From assembly GCA_030605095.1 (NCBI GenBank), contig JAUWBJ010000001.1, positions 10,942 through 74,941 of the forward strand: 64,000 nt of DNA, read 5' to 3'. Below, one piece after another: positions 27,795 to 37,632 of this stretch. Below the pieces are notes generated by a model that made no database searches, was not told where the DNA came from, and was given only the letters and a program-made list of their open reading frames with translations. This stretch comes from Candidatus Omnitrophota bacterium. Its GTDB lineage: Bacteria; Omnitrophota; Gorgyraeia; JABMRN01; RBG-13-46-9. Positions within the stretch are counted from its first letter, which is position 1. Each line of letters begins with the position of its first letter. The translations under genes and the position numbers were made by a program.

Positions 27795-28506
27795 AGAAAT
27801 GAGAGATTGGATAAAGAAACAAGTTGAGAAAGCGCATAAAAAGGGAATTCTGTTTGGCCTGAGCGGGGGCCTTGATTCAGCAGTTGTGGCTTATCTTGCC
27901 AAGTTAGCGGTAGGCGATAATGCATTGGGTTTAATTCTTCCGTGCAAAAGCGATCCAAAGGATGTAGAACTTGCGCTAACGGTGGCTGAAAAATTCAATA
28001 TCAAAACAAAAGAGATACAGTTAGATAATATATTCGATGAACTTGTTAAGATATATCCGGAAGCAAATAATTTAGCAAAAGGTAATCTAAAGCCACGCCT
28101 GCGAATGACCGTGCTATATTATTTTGCGAATACCTTTGACTACCTGGTGGCCGGAACAGGCAATAAGAGCGAAATAACCATCGGCTATTTTACAAAGTAT
28201 GGCGATGGCGGCGCTGATATTTTACCTTTGGGGGGACTACTTAAAACCGAGGTAAGGAAGTTGGCTAAGGAGATAGGCGTTCCTGATGAAATAATAAAAA
28301 GGCCGCCTTCGGCAGGCCTGTGGCATGGGCAGACGGATGAGGGCGAGATAGGCATTACTTACGAAGAACTTGATAAAGTTATTAAAGCGCTTGAGAAAAA
28401 CAAGACAGAGGGTATGGACAAAAGGACATTGCAAAAAGTAAAGAAGATGATAAGGAATTCGGAACATAAAAGGACTAAAATACCAATGTTTGGAGGTGTA
28501 AAATGA
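27781..28506 (+). CDS. nadE: NH3-dependent NAD+ synthetase
   Basis: SGGLDS PP-loop, 241 aa short NadE form. Confidence 0.85.
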   Translation: MNLSKEMRDWIKKQVEKAHKKGILFGLSGGLDSAVVAYLAKLAVGDNALGLILPCKSDPKDVELALTVAEKFNIKTKEIQLDNIFDELVKIYPEANNLAKGNLKPRLRMTVLYYFANTFDYLVAGTGNKSEITIGYFTKYGDGGADILPLGGLLKTEVRKLAKEIGVPDEIIKRPPSAGLWHGQTDEGEIGITYEELDKVIKALEKNKTEGMDKRTLQKVKKMIRNSEHKRTKIPMFGGVK

Positions 28507-29948
28507 GTGGAATTTTTGGAGTGATTTCTAAAGAAGATTGCGCGGAAACTCTTTTACACGGGACAGATTACCATTCGCATCTGGGAACAGAATATGGCGG
28601 CATGGCGATAGCAGGAAAGGAGATTACAAGGCATATACACAACATAAGCCAAAGCCAGTTTAAGTCAAAGTTCTACGAGAGTTATAGAGAAATCAAGGGC
28701 AATAAAGGCATCGGCGTTATCAGTGATTGCGATGAGCAGCCTATATATCTAAATTCCAAGTTCGGGCCTTTTTGCCTTGTCAGCGCAGGGCTTATCGAAA
28801 ATAAAGAGGAACTGGCCTTGTCGCTTTTAGCGGAGGGGGTGTCTTTCAGCGAGGTAGCCTCCGGTGGAATCAATTCAACGGAATTGGTAGCCAAGCTGAT
28901 AAGCCGCGGCAATAGCTTAATCGAGGGAATAGAGAATATGTTTACCTCGATACAGGGGTCTTGTTCGTTATTATTGCTAACCAGGGATAGCGTCTATGCA
29001 GCCCGCGATAGGTTGGGATATACCCCCCTTGTGGTGGGTAAAAGGGATGACGCCTGGGCAGTAACATCCGAAACAGGCGCCTTTACGAATCTCGAGTTTA
29101 ACATAGTGAAATACCTTAAGCCCGGTGAGATAGTCCAAATGAGCGAACAGGGCCTGGAGCAAAGAAGAAAGGGCCAAGAGGCAACGCAAATTTGCACCTT
29201 TCTATGGATATATACAGGTTTTCCTGCCTCAAGTTATGAAGGAATAAATGTGGAAGTAGTAAGGGAAAGATGCGGAAGGGCGCTGGCAAGAAAAGATAAA
29301 GATATAAAGATAGATTTGGTATCGGGCGTTCCGGATTCAGGATCAGCGCATGCTTTGGGATATGCCATGGAATCCGGGAAACCTTACAGGCGGCCCCTTG
29401 TCAAATATACTCCCGGCTATGGCAGGAGTTATACGCCACCTTCCCAGGAGACACGGGATTTGATAGCACGAATGAAACTTATTGCAATTAGAGAAATAAT
29501 AGAGGGCAATAGAATCGTTGTGTGCGAAGATTCCATCGTAAGGGGTACGCAGCTTAAGAATTTTACCGTAAGAAAACTATGGAATTGTGGGGCAAAAGAG
29601 GTTCATGTGCGGCCCGCCTGCCCGCCCCTCATGTTTCCATGCAGATTCTGCCTTTCTACGCGTAGCATAAACGAACTCGCCGCGCGCAGAGCCATAAGGG
29701 CTTTAGAAGGCAGGGATTTAGAGGACGTTTCAGAATATCTCGACCCGAATACCGAGAAATATAAAAAGATGATAGATTGGATCGCTCGCGATTTAGAAGT
29801 TACAACCCTTCGATATCAGGCCATAGATGATATGGTAAAAGCAATCGGCCTTCCAAAGGAAAAATTGTGCCTGTATTGCTGGACAGGGAAATGCCCCAGT
29901 AAGAAGTCGCCAGCCGCGCGCCGCGAACTATCAGTAGAAGCTGCTTAG
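28503..29948 (+). CDS. amidophosphoribosyltransferase (PurF)-like protein with Ser at the Cys1 nucleophile position
   Basis: Ntn-GATase fold + PRTase (CEDSIVRGTQ) + C-terminal Cys cluster; N-terminus MSGIFG instead of MCGI; no alternative in-frame start. Confidence 0.7.
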   Translation: MSGIFGVISKEDCAETLLHGTDYHSHLGTEYGGMAIAGKEITRHIHNISQSQFKSKFYESYREIKGNKGIGVISDCDEQPIYLNSKFGPFCLVSAGLIENKEELALSLLAEGVSFSEVASGGINSTELVAKLISRGNSLIEGIENMFTSIQGSCSLLLLTRDSVYAARDRLGYTPLVVGKRDDAWAVTSETGAFTNLEFNIVKYLKPGEIVQMSEQGLEQRRKGQEATQICTFLWIYTGFPASSYEGINVEVVRERCGRALARKDKDIKIDLVSGVPDSGSAHALGYAMESGKPYRRPLVKYTPGYGRSYTPPSQETRDLIARMKLIAIREIIEGNRIVVCEDSIVRGTQLKNFTVRKLWNCGAKEVHVRPACPPLMFPCRFCLSTRSINELAARRAIRALEGRDLEDVSEYLDPNTEKYKKMIDWIARDLEVTTLRYQAIDDMVKAIGLPKEKLCLYCWTGKCPSKKSPAARRELSVEAA

Positions 29949-29949
29949 C

Positions 29950-31212
29950 ATGCCTTATAATAAGAGCTTTAAGTTGACCGAGGAAATTTTTAATTTTCCT
30001 CTTAGGGAAATAAAGAGATTTATCCGCGATTTCCACTCCGAAATGCGTAAAGGTCTTTCCGGACGCAAGAGTTCGCTCAAGATGCTCCCTACATATGTGA
30101 AAAAACCAAAAGGCGTAGAGAAAGGTGAGTCTTTGGCCATTGACCTGGGTGGAACAAATTTTCGGGTGTTAGCGTTGAAATTAAAAGAAAAGAGAAGAAT
30201 CTTAATCCTTGGATCGAAAAAATTTGTTTTGAAAAAAAAGCATATTACAGGCACAGGAAAAGCACTTTTCGATTTTATAGCCGGTTGTATAAAGACCTTT
30301 ATGGACGAGTACAAAATAGATATAAGCGAAAAACACAGTATAGGCTTTACATTTTCATTTCCGATGAAAAAAAGAAGGGTTTCTTCAGGCATACTTCTTC
30401 GATGGACCAAAGGGTTTAAGGCCAGGGGCGTGGAAGGAAAAGATGTAGTTAAATTGCTCAACGAATCTCTTAAAAGAAAAGGGTTGCGCAATACAAAAGT
30501 TGTTGCTATCGCAAACGATACTGTTAGCACGCTTGTTGCCAAAAGCTATGAAGACGAAACCTGCGATGTTGGCGCAATATTGGGAACGGGTACAAATGCC
30601 TGTTATCCCGAGGGGCAGATGATTATTAATATAGAATGGGGCAATTTTAATAAAATTCGCCTTACCCCTTACGACAGGAAGCTTAATTACCTTTCGCAAT
30701 CACCCGGCGAACAAATTCTGGAGAAGATGATTTCGGGTATGTACTTAGGCGAGCTTACAAGGCTTGTTGCCAAGGATTTGATAAGAGATGCGATTCCTAA
30801 AACTTTTAAGTCAGAACATATGTCAATAATCGAAAGCGATACCTCGAAGAATCTGTCCCGCATAAATAGATTATTGAAAAAACTTCGCATTACAGATTCA
30901 AAATATACAGACAGAAAACTTCTAAAAAAAATATGTGCTATGGTCTCTACTCGCGCTGCGCGCCTCAGTGCAGCGGCTATAGCTTCCGTAGTAACAAAGA
31001 TAGACCCTTATCTTTCCAGAAAACACACAATTGCTATTGACGGCTCGGTATATGAAAAACACACCGGTTTTTCAAGGAGAATAAGCGCCACCCTTAAGGA
31101 AATTTTTGGAAGGAAAACCGCTAATATTAAATTAAGTTTAACCAAAGATGCGTCCGCAAAAGGCGCAGCTATAATAGCCGCCACTACTGATGAGGAAATG
31201 ATATTGACATAA
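29950..31212 (+). CDS. hexokinase-family sugar kinase
   Basis: LAIDLGGTNFRV hexokinase signature, 420 aa. Confidence 0.75.
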   Translation: MPYNKSFKLTEEIFNFPLREIKRFIRDFHSEMRKGLSGRKSSLKMLPTYVKKPKGVEKGESLAIDLGGTNFRVLALKLKEKRRILILGSKKFVLKKKHITGTGKALFDFIAGCIKTFMDEYKIDISEKHSIGFTFSFPMKKRRVSSGILLRWTKGFKARGVEGKDVVKLLNESLKRKGLRNTKVVAIANDTVSTLVAKSYEDETCDVGAILGTGTNACYPEGQMIINIEWGNFNKIRLTPYDRKLNYLSQSPGEQILEKMISGMYLGELTRLVAKDLIRDAIPKTFKSEHMSIIESDTSKNLSRINRLLKKLRITDSKYTDRKLLKKICAMVSTRAARLSAAAIASVVTKIDPYLSRKHTIAIDGSVYEKHTGFSRRISATLKEIFGRKTANIKLSLTKDASAKGAAIIAATTDEEMILT

Positions 31213-31305
31213 GGCCACAGATATGCTGTAATATATTTAGCTAACCGTGGTCCCTTGCATTCGCTCGGGACAATTTTTGAGTACAAAAATTGGAGGTACA
31301 TGATT

Positions 31306-32124
31306 ATGTTTCAAAAGATTAGTGAAGCACAAATTAGCAAGGCAATCGTAAAGGAGTTTACAGGGTGGTTTGAGGATTATATTACCTCGGATGTAGTTAT
31401 AGTCGGCGGCGGGCCAAGCGGACTTACAGCCGCGAGGGATTTAGCCAAAGCAGGTTTTAAGACGCTGATAATCGAGGGCAATAATTATCTCGGGGGAGGC
31501 TTCTGGATAGGCGGATACCTGATGAATGCGCTGACATTTAGAGCCCCGTCGCAAGAAATTTTAGAAGAGTTTAAAATTTCGCATAAAGAGGTGGAAAAAG
31601 GCCTGTTTGTATCAGATGGCCCAAATGCCTGTTCCAAGCTTATATCCGTAGCCTGTGAAGCAGGCGCCAAGATTTTAAATATGACCAGGTTTGACGACGT
31701 AGTCTATCGAAATAAAAAGGTAGAAGGTGTGGTTATAAATTGGACACCCGTATCGACCTTGCCGAAACAGATAAGCTGCGTTGACCCTATCTCCTTAGAG
31801 TCAAAGGTGATTATCGATGCTACCGGCCACGATGCTTCAGTCTGCCGAAGCCTGGAAAAAAGAAATATTCTAAAACTGGCTGACTTTGGCCCCATGGACG
31901 TTAATACTTCAGAGGATTTAGTTGTTGAAAAAACAGGTGAGATTCATCCGGGTTTGATTGTAACAGGTATGGCAGTTTCGACCGCTTACGGGATTCCCCG
32001 CATGGGACCCACTTTTGGCGGGATGTTAGTCTCGGGGAGGAAGGCTGCCGAGGTAGCAATGAACATTCTCTCGGGTGAAACAGCCCAGGAGCCCTCTCGC
32101 ATAGAAGAAGAGATTATTTTATAG
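31306..32124 (+). CDS. thi4: thiazole synthase Thi4 family
   Basis: VVIVGGGPSGLTAARDLAK dinucleotide motif and Thi4-like core; GGAGG RBS 9 nt upstream. Confidence 0.8.
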   Translation: MFQKISEAQISKAIVKEFTGWFEDYITSDVVIVGGGPSGLTAARDLAKAGFKTLIIEGNNYLGGGFWIGGYLMNALTFRAPSQEILEEFKISHKEVEKGLFVSDGPNACSKLISVACEAGAKILNMTRFDDVVYRNKKVEGVVINWTPVSTLPKQISCVDPISLESKVIIDATGHDASVCRSLEKRNILKLADFGPMDVNTSEDLVVEKTGEIHPGLIVTGMAVSTAYGIPRMGPTFGGMLVSGRKAAEVAMNILSGETAQEPSRIEEEIIL

Positions 32125-32155
32125 ATTCCGCGATTAAAATTTTTTAAAGTGTAAT

Positions 32156-32189
32156 CTGTCCGACCTCCGAGGTCGGACAGGTTGTTTTA
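32156..32189 (+). terminator. Rho-independent terminator
   Basis: Perfect 10-bp GC-rich stem CTGTCCGACC/GGTCGGACAG, 5-nt loop, followed by GTTGTTTTAT. Confidence 0.75.
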
Positions 32190-32203
32190 TCAGGGCCACA
32201 AAA

Positions 32204-33205
32204 ATGGTTAAAGCAATATCTTTATTGTCTGGCGGATTGGATAGCATTCTGGCTACGCGGCTTATCTTAGAGCAGGGCATAGAGGTAGAAGCGGTTAATT
32301 TTTTAACCGTATTCTGCACCTGTACCCCTCGCGGAAAAGGTTGCTCTTCAGGCAAATCCGCCGCCGATAAATTAGGAATTAAACTTAAGGTATTTGAAGT
32401 CAGCAAAGAGTATTTTGGAATAGTTAAAAATCCAAGATATGGATACGGTAGTAATATTAATCCCTGCCTTGATTGCCGCATATTTATGTTTAAAAAAGCC
32501 GCCCAGTATATGAGAGAAATTGACGCATCTTTTTTGATTACCGGCGAGGTATTGGGACAACGACCGATGTCACAGAGAAGGGATGCGATGAGGATTGTAG
32601 AGAGGGATAGTAAATTAGATGGGTTAATCCTGAGGCCGCTTTCGGCAAGATTATTAGAGCCCACAATCCCTGAAAAGGAAGGCATAGTCGATAGAGAAAG
32701 ATTATTGGATATCAAAGGCCGCTCCCGAAAACCGCAGATAGAGCTGGCGCGTCAATTAGGCATTGGTGACTATCCTTGCCCGGCAGGGGGATGCCTTTTA
32801 ACAGATCCCGGATTCGCAAATAGAATGCGGGATTTGATAGAGCATAAACCCGATTTTACAATGAATGACGTCCGGCTCCTTAAGGTAGGCAGGCATTTTC
32901 GTGTGTCGCCAAAAACCAAATTCATCGTGGGTAGAAATAAGGAAGAGAATGAGAAATTGACAAGTCTGGCGGGTGGAGAAGATTTCCGGTTCGGGCCGGC
33001 TAAGGTAAAAGGACCGGTTGGCATAGGAAGGGGAAATTTTAATAAGGAGCATTTTTCCATAGCGAGCTCAATAATTGCCAGATATAGCGATAAAGACCAA
33101 GACTGCGAGATAGAAGTTCTATATGAGAAGATTCCCGGCGAAGGGCACAATTCTATCATGGCTTTGTCAATAACGGAAGAAACGCTCGAAGCTTTAAGAA
33201 TATAA
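32204..33205 (+). CDS. PP-loop ATP pyrophosphatase, ThiI/MnmA-like sulfurtransferase family
   Basis: LLSGGLDSILA PP-loop, conserved Cys motifs (NPCLDCR, CPAGGC). Confidence 0.55.
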   Translation: MVKAISLLSGGLDSILATRLILEQGIEVEAVNFLTVFCTCTPRGKGCSSGKSAADKLGIKLKVFEVSKEYFGIVKNPRYGYGSNINPCLDCRIFMFKKAAQYMREIDASFLITGEVLGQRPMSQRRDAMRIVERDSKLDGLILRPLSARLLEPTIPEKEGIVDRERLLDIKGRSRKPQIELARQLGIGDYPCPAGGCLLTDPGFANRMRDLIEHKPDFTMNDVRLLKVGRHFRVSPKTKFIVGRNKEENEKLTSLAGGEDFRFGPAKVKGPVGIGRGNFNKEHFSIASSIIARYSDKDQDCEIEVLYEKIPGEGHNSIMALSITEETLEALRI

Positions 33206-33254
33206 TTTTTTTTGTAGTAATTGTAAACCTTAGGTGCTAAAATGGTTGACAGTT

Positions 33255-34154
33255 ATGGAATTTTTGAAAGAGCCTCTTACAGAACTGGCCTCTCGCGCTA
33301 ATAAAATTAGAAAGGACTGTGCAGGCGATAAATTAGAGCTGTGCAGTATCATAAACGCAAAATCAGGCCTGTGCAGCGAAGACTGTAAATTCTGCGCCCA
33401 ATCCTCCGGGCATTCCGCCAGGATATCCCGTTATCCTCTTAGGAAAAAAGACGAAATCGTAAAAAGAGCCCGACACGCAAAAAAAATCGGCGCTGAGAAA
33501 TTCGGCATCGTAACAAGCGGAAATAAGCTTTCTCCCGAAGAGTTAGGCAATATCGCATCTTGTATATCCGAAATAAAGAATAAAATCGGCATCACTGTGT
33601 GCGCGTCGTTAGGCGCCCTCGAAAAGTCCCAGTTAAAAATCTTAAAAGAAGCAGGACTTTCACGCTACCATCATAATATCGAGACCTCACCGCGTTTTTA
33701 TCCCCGGATTGTTTCCACGCATAGCATCAATGAAAGAATCGAGACAATTGAGCGGGCTAAGATAGCGGGCCTCCAGGTATGCTCGGGCGGAATAATCGGC
33801 ATGGGCGAGACCTGGCAGGATAGAATAGATATGGCGCGCCTTTTAAAAAAGTTAGGCGTAGATTCCGTTCCTATAAATCTACTGGTTCCCGTAAAAGGCA
33901 CTTCCTTAGAATCTATGACGCCGATTTCCTGTAATGACGCCATAAGGACTATCTCTATCTTTAGAATCATTCTGAAAGATAAGATTATAAAAATAGCAGC
34001 AGGTAGAGAAAATATCCTCAAAAGTTCCCAGGCGATGGGATTTACCGCCGGCGCCAACGGCATGCTCATCGGCGGTTATCTAACCGTCAAAGGAAGAGAT
34101 GTCGTCGAGGATTATAAGCTTGTCGAAGAGATAAAAAAATTATGGGAAGAATAG
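33255..34154 (+). CDS. bioB: biotin synthase
   Basis: Radical-SAM CSEDCKFC, YNHNIETS, BioB-like; start 33255 or GTG 33234. Confidence 0.85.
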   Translation: MEFLKEPLTELASRANKIRKDCAGDKLELCSIINAKSGLCSEDCKFCAQSSGHSARISRYPLRKKDEIVKRARHAKKIGAEKFGIVTSGNKLSPEELGNIASCISEIKNKIGITVCASLGALEKSQLKILKEAGLSRYHHNIETSPRFYPRIVSTHSINERIETIERAKIAGLQVCSGGIIGMGETWQDRIDMARLLKKLGVDSVPINLLVPVKGTSLESMTPISCNDAIRTISIFRIILKDKIIKIAAGRENILKSSQAMGFTAGANGMLIGGYLTVKGRDVVEDYKLVEEIKKLWEE

Positions 34155-35296
34155 AAAAATTTTTACGCGACAAGAAAGAAAAAGGCCTTTTGAGGATTTT
34201 ACGGCCTGCCCGTTTTAGAAAAGAAGGAAAAATCTATTTTAAAGACAGAAGCTTTATAGATTTTTCCTCCAACGATTATCTGGGATTATCAGGCCATCCT
34301 AAGATTAAAGAAGCCGCGGAAAAAACCATAACGACATTGGGGACAAGTTCTTCCGCGTCCAGGCTTTTAAGCGGAGATTTAAACATTCACCATAAGCTGG
34401 AGAAAAGAATAGCTTCTTTTAAAGAGAAAGAAGACGCTCTTCTATTCAATTCCGGATATCAGGCCAATGTAGGCATAATAAGTTCTCTCCTGGGAAAGAA
34501 TGACGCCATCTTTTCCGATAAACTAAATCACGCCAGTATTATAGACGGCATGCTTTTATCAGGAGCAAAGATTTTTCGATTTCGTCATAATGATATAGAA
34601 CATCTTGAATTTTTATTGAAAAGCCAAAGGAATAATTACAAAGAGGCCTTAATTGTTACAGAGACAGTCTTTAGCATGGAAGGGGACAAGCCGCCTCTCA
34701 AAGAGGTGGCTTCCTTGAAGGATAGATACTCCTCTATGTTATTGGTAGATGAAGCTCATGCTACGGGAATCTTCGGAGAAAAAGGAAAAGGCGTGGTAGA
34801 AGAGATGGGTCTGGCCGCGAGGATTGAACTAGTTATGGGCACATTCAGCAAGGCGCTGGGAAGCTTCGGCGCTTATGTAGCTTGTTCTTCCGAGCTAAAG
34901 AAGTATTTTGTAAATTCGGCAAGAAGTTTTATCTATTCTACGTCTCTACCACCATCTATAATCGGTGCCAATTTAGCCAGCTTAGATTTGATTGAAGAAG
35001 AACCTTTTCGGAGGCTCACGCTTCTCTGTAACAGTGATTATTTCCGTCAGGAACTGGGGAAAAAAGGATTTCGCACGAGAGGCACATCCCAAATTGTTCC
35101 TGTAATCTTCAAGGATAGCCAAAGGACGGTTAAAATAAGCCAGGATTTACAGAAAAAGGGATATTGGGTCCTTCCCATAAGGCCGCCTACGGTCCCGGAA
35201 GGAGAAGCAAGGTTAAGATTCTCGTTAACATATCATCACACGAAAGATATATTAGGAAAGCTTATCGATGATATCTCTCAAATCTGCCACGTTTAA
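34142..35296 (+). CDS. bioF: 8-amino-7-oxononanoate synthase
   Basis: PLP fold-type I, TFSKALGSFG lysine motif. Confidence 0.85.
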   Translation: MGRIEKFLRDKKEKGLLRILRPARFRKEGKIYFKDRSFIDFSSNDYLGLSGHPKIKEAAEKTITTLGTSSSASRLLSGDLNIHHKLEKRIASFKEKEDALLFNSGYQANVGIISSLLGKNDAIFSDKLNHASIIDGMLLSGAKIFRFRHNDIEHLEFLLKSQRNNYKEALIVTETVFSMEGDKPPLKEVASLKDRYSSMLLVDEAHATGIFGEKGKGVVEEMGLAARIELVMGTFSKALGSFGAYVACSSELKKYFVNSARSFIYSTSLPPSIIGANLASLDLIEEEPFRRLTLLCNSDYFRQELGKKGFRTRGTSQIVPVIFKDSQRTVKISQDLQKKGYWVLPIRPPTVPEGEARLRFSLTYHHTKDILGKLIDDISQICHV

Positions 35297-36833
35297 ATTT
35301 ATAGATAACGGTTATAAAGATTTAGCCGTATTGGTTCCCGGCTGGGCGACTGACTACAGAATCTTCGGCCCCCTGAATTTAGAATTCAATTATTTGGTGC
35401 CCCTTACCTTTTATCCTGACACATTCGAAGAAGACCTTTTAAAGACATTGAGAGAAAATAATATAGACAAACTCTCTTTGTTTGGCTGGTCATTGGGCGG
35501 ATTTTTGGCGGCAGAATTTGCTTCAAAGCATAAAGAGCTTATAGACAGGCTTATTTTGGTAAGCATAAGAAAAAAGTATGATAAAAAGAGGCTCACAGAG
35601 ATAAAGACGCATCTTGGCAAAAATAAAAGAGGTTATCTTTACAAATTTTATACCCAGTGTTTTTTTAAAAAAGAAAGCATGCGATGGTTTAGAAAAAATT
35701 TCCTTAAAACCTACTGCGAAGAACTGGATTTACATTATCTCGTGGATTCTTTAGGCTATTTACAAAATGCCGAGATACGACCGGAACTGCTGGAACCTAT
35801 AAAGAAGATAAAGATAATACACGGTGAATGCGATAGGATAGCACCTATTAAAGAGGCGCTTTGGATCAAAGAAAAACTGCCGCAAGCAGAGTTTATATCT
35901 ATTAAAAATACAGGGCATATACCGTTTCTGGAAGCTTGTGAACCGTTTGCGATTTCTATTTCAACCTGTCCCCGCAAGGGGGACAGGTTGAACGGGAAAT
36001 CGCAAACGGTTCAAAGCGATACACCGGGCGGAGGGGCCCACACAGAGAGGCACCCGCTGCCAGCTGCCAACGATAAAGAGATAATAAAGAGAAATTTTTC
36101 AAGATACGCAAAGTATTACGATAATTACTCTGACATTCAGGATGTCTCTGCCCTAAGGCTTATCAGCAAACTTGACTCGGATAATTTTAGCAGCATACTT
36201 GACCTCGGCTGCGGCACGGGAAATTATACGAGGCTCCTTAGAGAGAAATTCCCCCTTGCGAAAATAAAGGCCATAGACATATCCGGTGAAATGATTGAGA
36301 TAGCAAGAAAGAAACTACAGGGTAAACAAATAGAATTTGTTATAAAAGATGCGGAAGGAATAAATTCGAGAGATTCACTTGACCTTATAAGCTCTAATGT
36401 GAGCTTTCAGTGGTTTGTTAATTTAGAAAAAGCCCTATTAGATTACAAAAGATTGCTAAAGCCCGGCGGCACAATTCTCTTTTCCACATTCGGCCCCCTT
36501 ACATTTTATGAATTGAATAATGCCTTGCAAGAGCTATTAAAAGAGGAAAAAGAGATAAATTCCCGCCGGTTTTTGGAAAAAATAAGGATAACGAAGATTA
36601 TGGAGGCTCTTTTTAAAAAGGTTGAGGTAGGGGAGGAGACATTTAAAGAGAGCTATGTTTCATTGAGGGGACTTTTGGAAAAAATAAAATATAGCGGTAT
36701 AAGAGGGAGCGGCATAAAGACAGGAAATTTTTGGGTCTTCGGAAAAATGGATAAGCTGGAGAGGATATACAAAAAAAAATTTAACGAGATAGTAGCGACA
36801 TATCAGGTTTTTATTTGTAAGGGTATAAAGTGA
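35268..36833 (+). CDS. bioC: BioH-like esterase fused to BioC-like malonyl-ACP O-methyltransferase
   Basis: N-terminal alpha/beta hydrolase (GWSLGG, GHIPFLE), C-terminal SAM MTase (LDLGCGTGNYT). Confidence 0.7.
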   Translation: MISLKSATFKFIDNGYKDLAVLVPGWATDYRIFGPLNLEFNYLVPLTFYPDTFEEDLLKTLRENNIDKLSLFGWSLGGFLAAEFASKHKELIDRLILVSIRKKYDKKRLTEIKTHLGKNKRGYLYKFYTQCFFKKESMRWFRKNFLKTYCEELDLHYLVDSLGYLQNAEIRPELLEPIKKIKIIHGECDRIAPIKEALWIKEKLPQAEFISIKNTGHIPFLEACEPFAISISTCPRKGDRLNGKSQTVQSDTPGGGAHTERHPLPAANDKEIIKRNFSRYAKYYDNYSDIQDVSALRLISKLDSDNFSSILDLGCGTGNYTRLLREKFPLAKIKAIDISGEMIEIARKKLQGKQIEFVIKDAEGINSRDSLDLISSNVSFQWFVNLEKALLDYKRLLKPGGTILFSTFGPLTFYELNNALQELLKEEKEINSRRFLEKIRITKIMEALFKKVEVGEETFKESYVSLRGLLEKIKYSGIRGSGIKTGNFWVFGKMDKLERIYKKKFNEIVATYQVFICKGIK

Positions 36834-36941
36834 ACCCCGCCCTTCCTAAAAGAATTGAAGTAGATGCCATAATGAAAAACATGTATAGTTTGATGAAAAT
36901 GAAGATAAAGATAGAAATTAAAAGAAAAGGAAGGGCGGGGT
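36834..36941 (+). promoter_or_regulatory. 14-bp perfect long-range inverted repeat bracketing the bioH/C-bioD intergenic region
   Basis: ACCCCGCCCTTCCT (36834-36847, starting 1 nt after the stop) pairs with AGGAAGGGCGGGGT (36928-36941) overlapping the bioD GTG start. Confidence 0.6.
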
Positions 36942-37632
36942 GAAGGCAGTTTTTATTACCGGAACCGATACAGGCGTAGGGAAGACGATCGTCGCGGGTT
37001 TACTGGGGCGGTTTCTTTTAGATAATGGCCATCGGGCTATAACCCAGAAATGGATTCAAACGGGTAGCAAGTTTCCGGAAGACATAGCCCGGCATCTTGA
37101 ATTGATGAAGAAAAAAAAGTGCGATATAAACGATTATTTGCCTTACATGTCTCCCTATACTTTTAAGTTTCCCGCATCCGGGCACTTAGCAGCAAGATTG
37201 GAACGAAAGAAAATCAGCAGAGCTCGAATCAAAAAGAGTTTTCTCTTTTTAGAAGATAGGTTTGATTTTGTTATAGTAGAAGGAATAGGCGGCGCGTTAG
37301 TGCCTTTTAACGGGAAAGGTCTTGTGATAGACATAGCAAAGGAACTCGATATACCGGCATTACTCGTAGTAGCTAATAAATTAGGTTGTATAAACCATAC
37401 CTTACTTACAATAGAAGCCGTAAAAAGAAGGGGCATGAAGATTATCGGGATTATATTTAATAATAACCAATCCGGAGAAAGAGAGAATATTATTTCTAAA
37501 GATAATCCCCGGATAATAAAGAAACTGACGGGGGAGAGGATTCTCGGTGTTTTACCTTTCTCGAGAAGTAAAGAGTTACTATATAAGAGATTTATACCTA
37601 TAGGAAAAAAAGTAACATGGATAACTGGATAA
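36940..37632 (+). CDS. bioD: dethiobiotin synthetase
   Basis: FITGTDTGVGKT P-loop; GTG start. Confidence 0.85.
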   Translation: MKAVFITGTDTGVGKTIVAGLLGRFLLDNGHRAITQKWIQTGSKFPEDIARHLELMKKKKCDINDYLPYMSPYTFKFPASGHLAARLERKKISRARIKKSFLFLEDRFDFVIVEGIGGALVPFNGKGLVIDIAKELDIPALLVVANKLGCINHTLLTIEAVKRRGMKIIGIIFNNNQSGERENIISKDNPRIIKKLTGERILGVLPFSRSKELLYKRFIPIGKKVTWITG

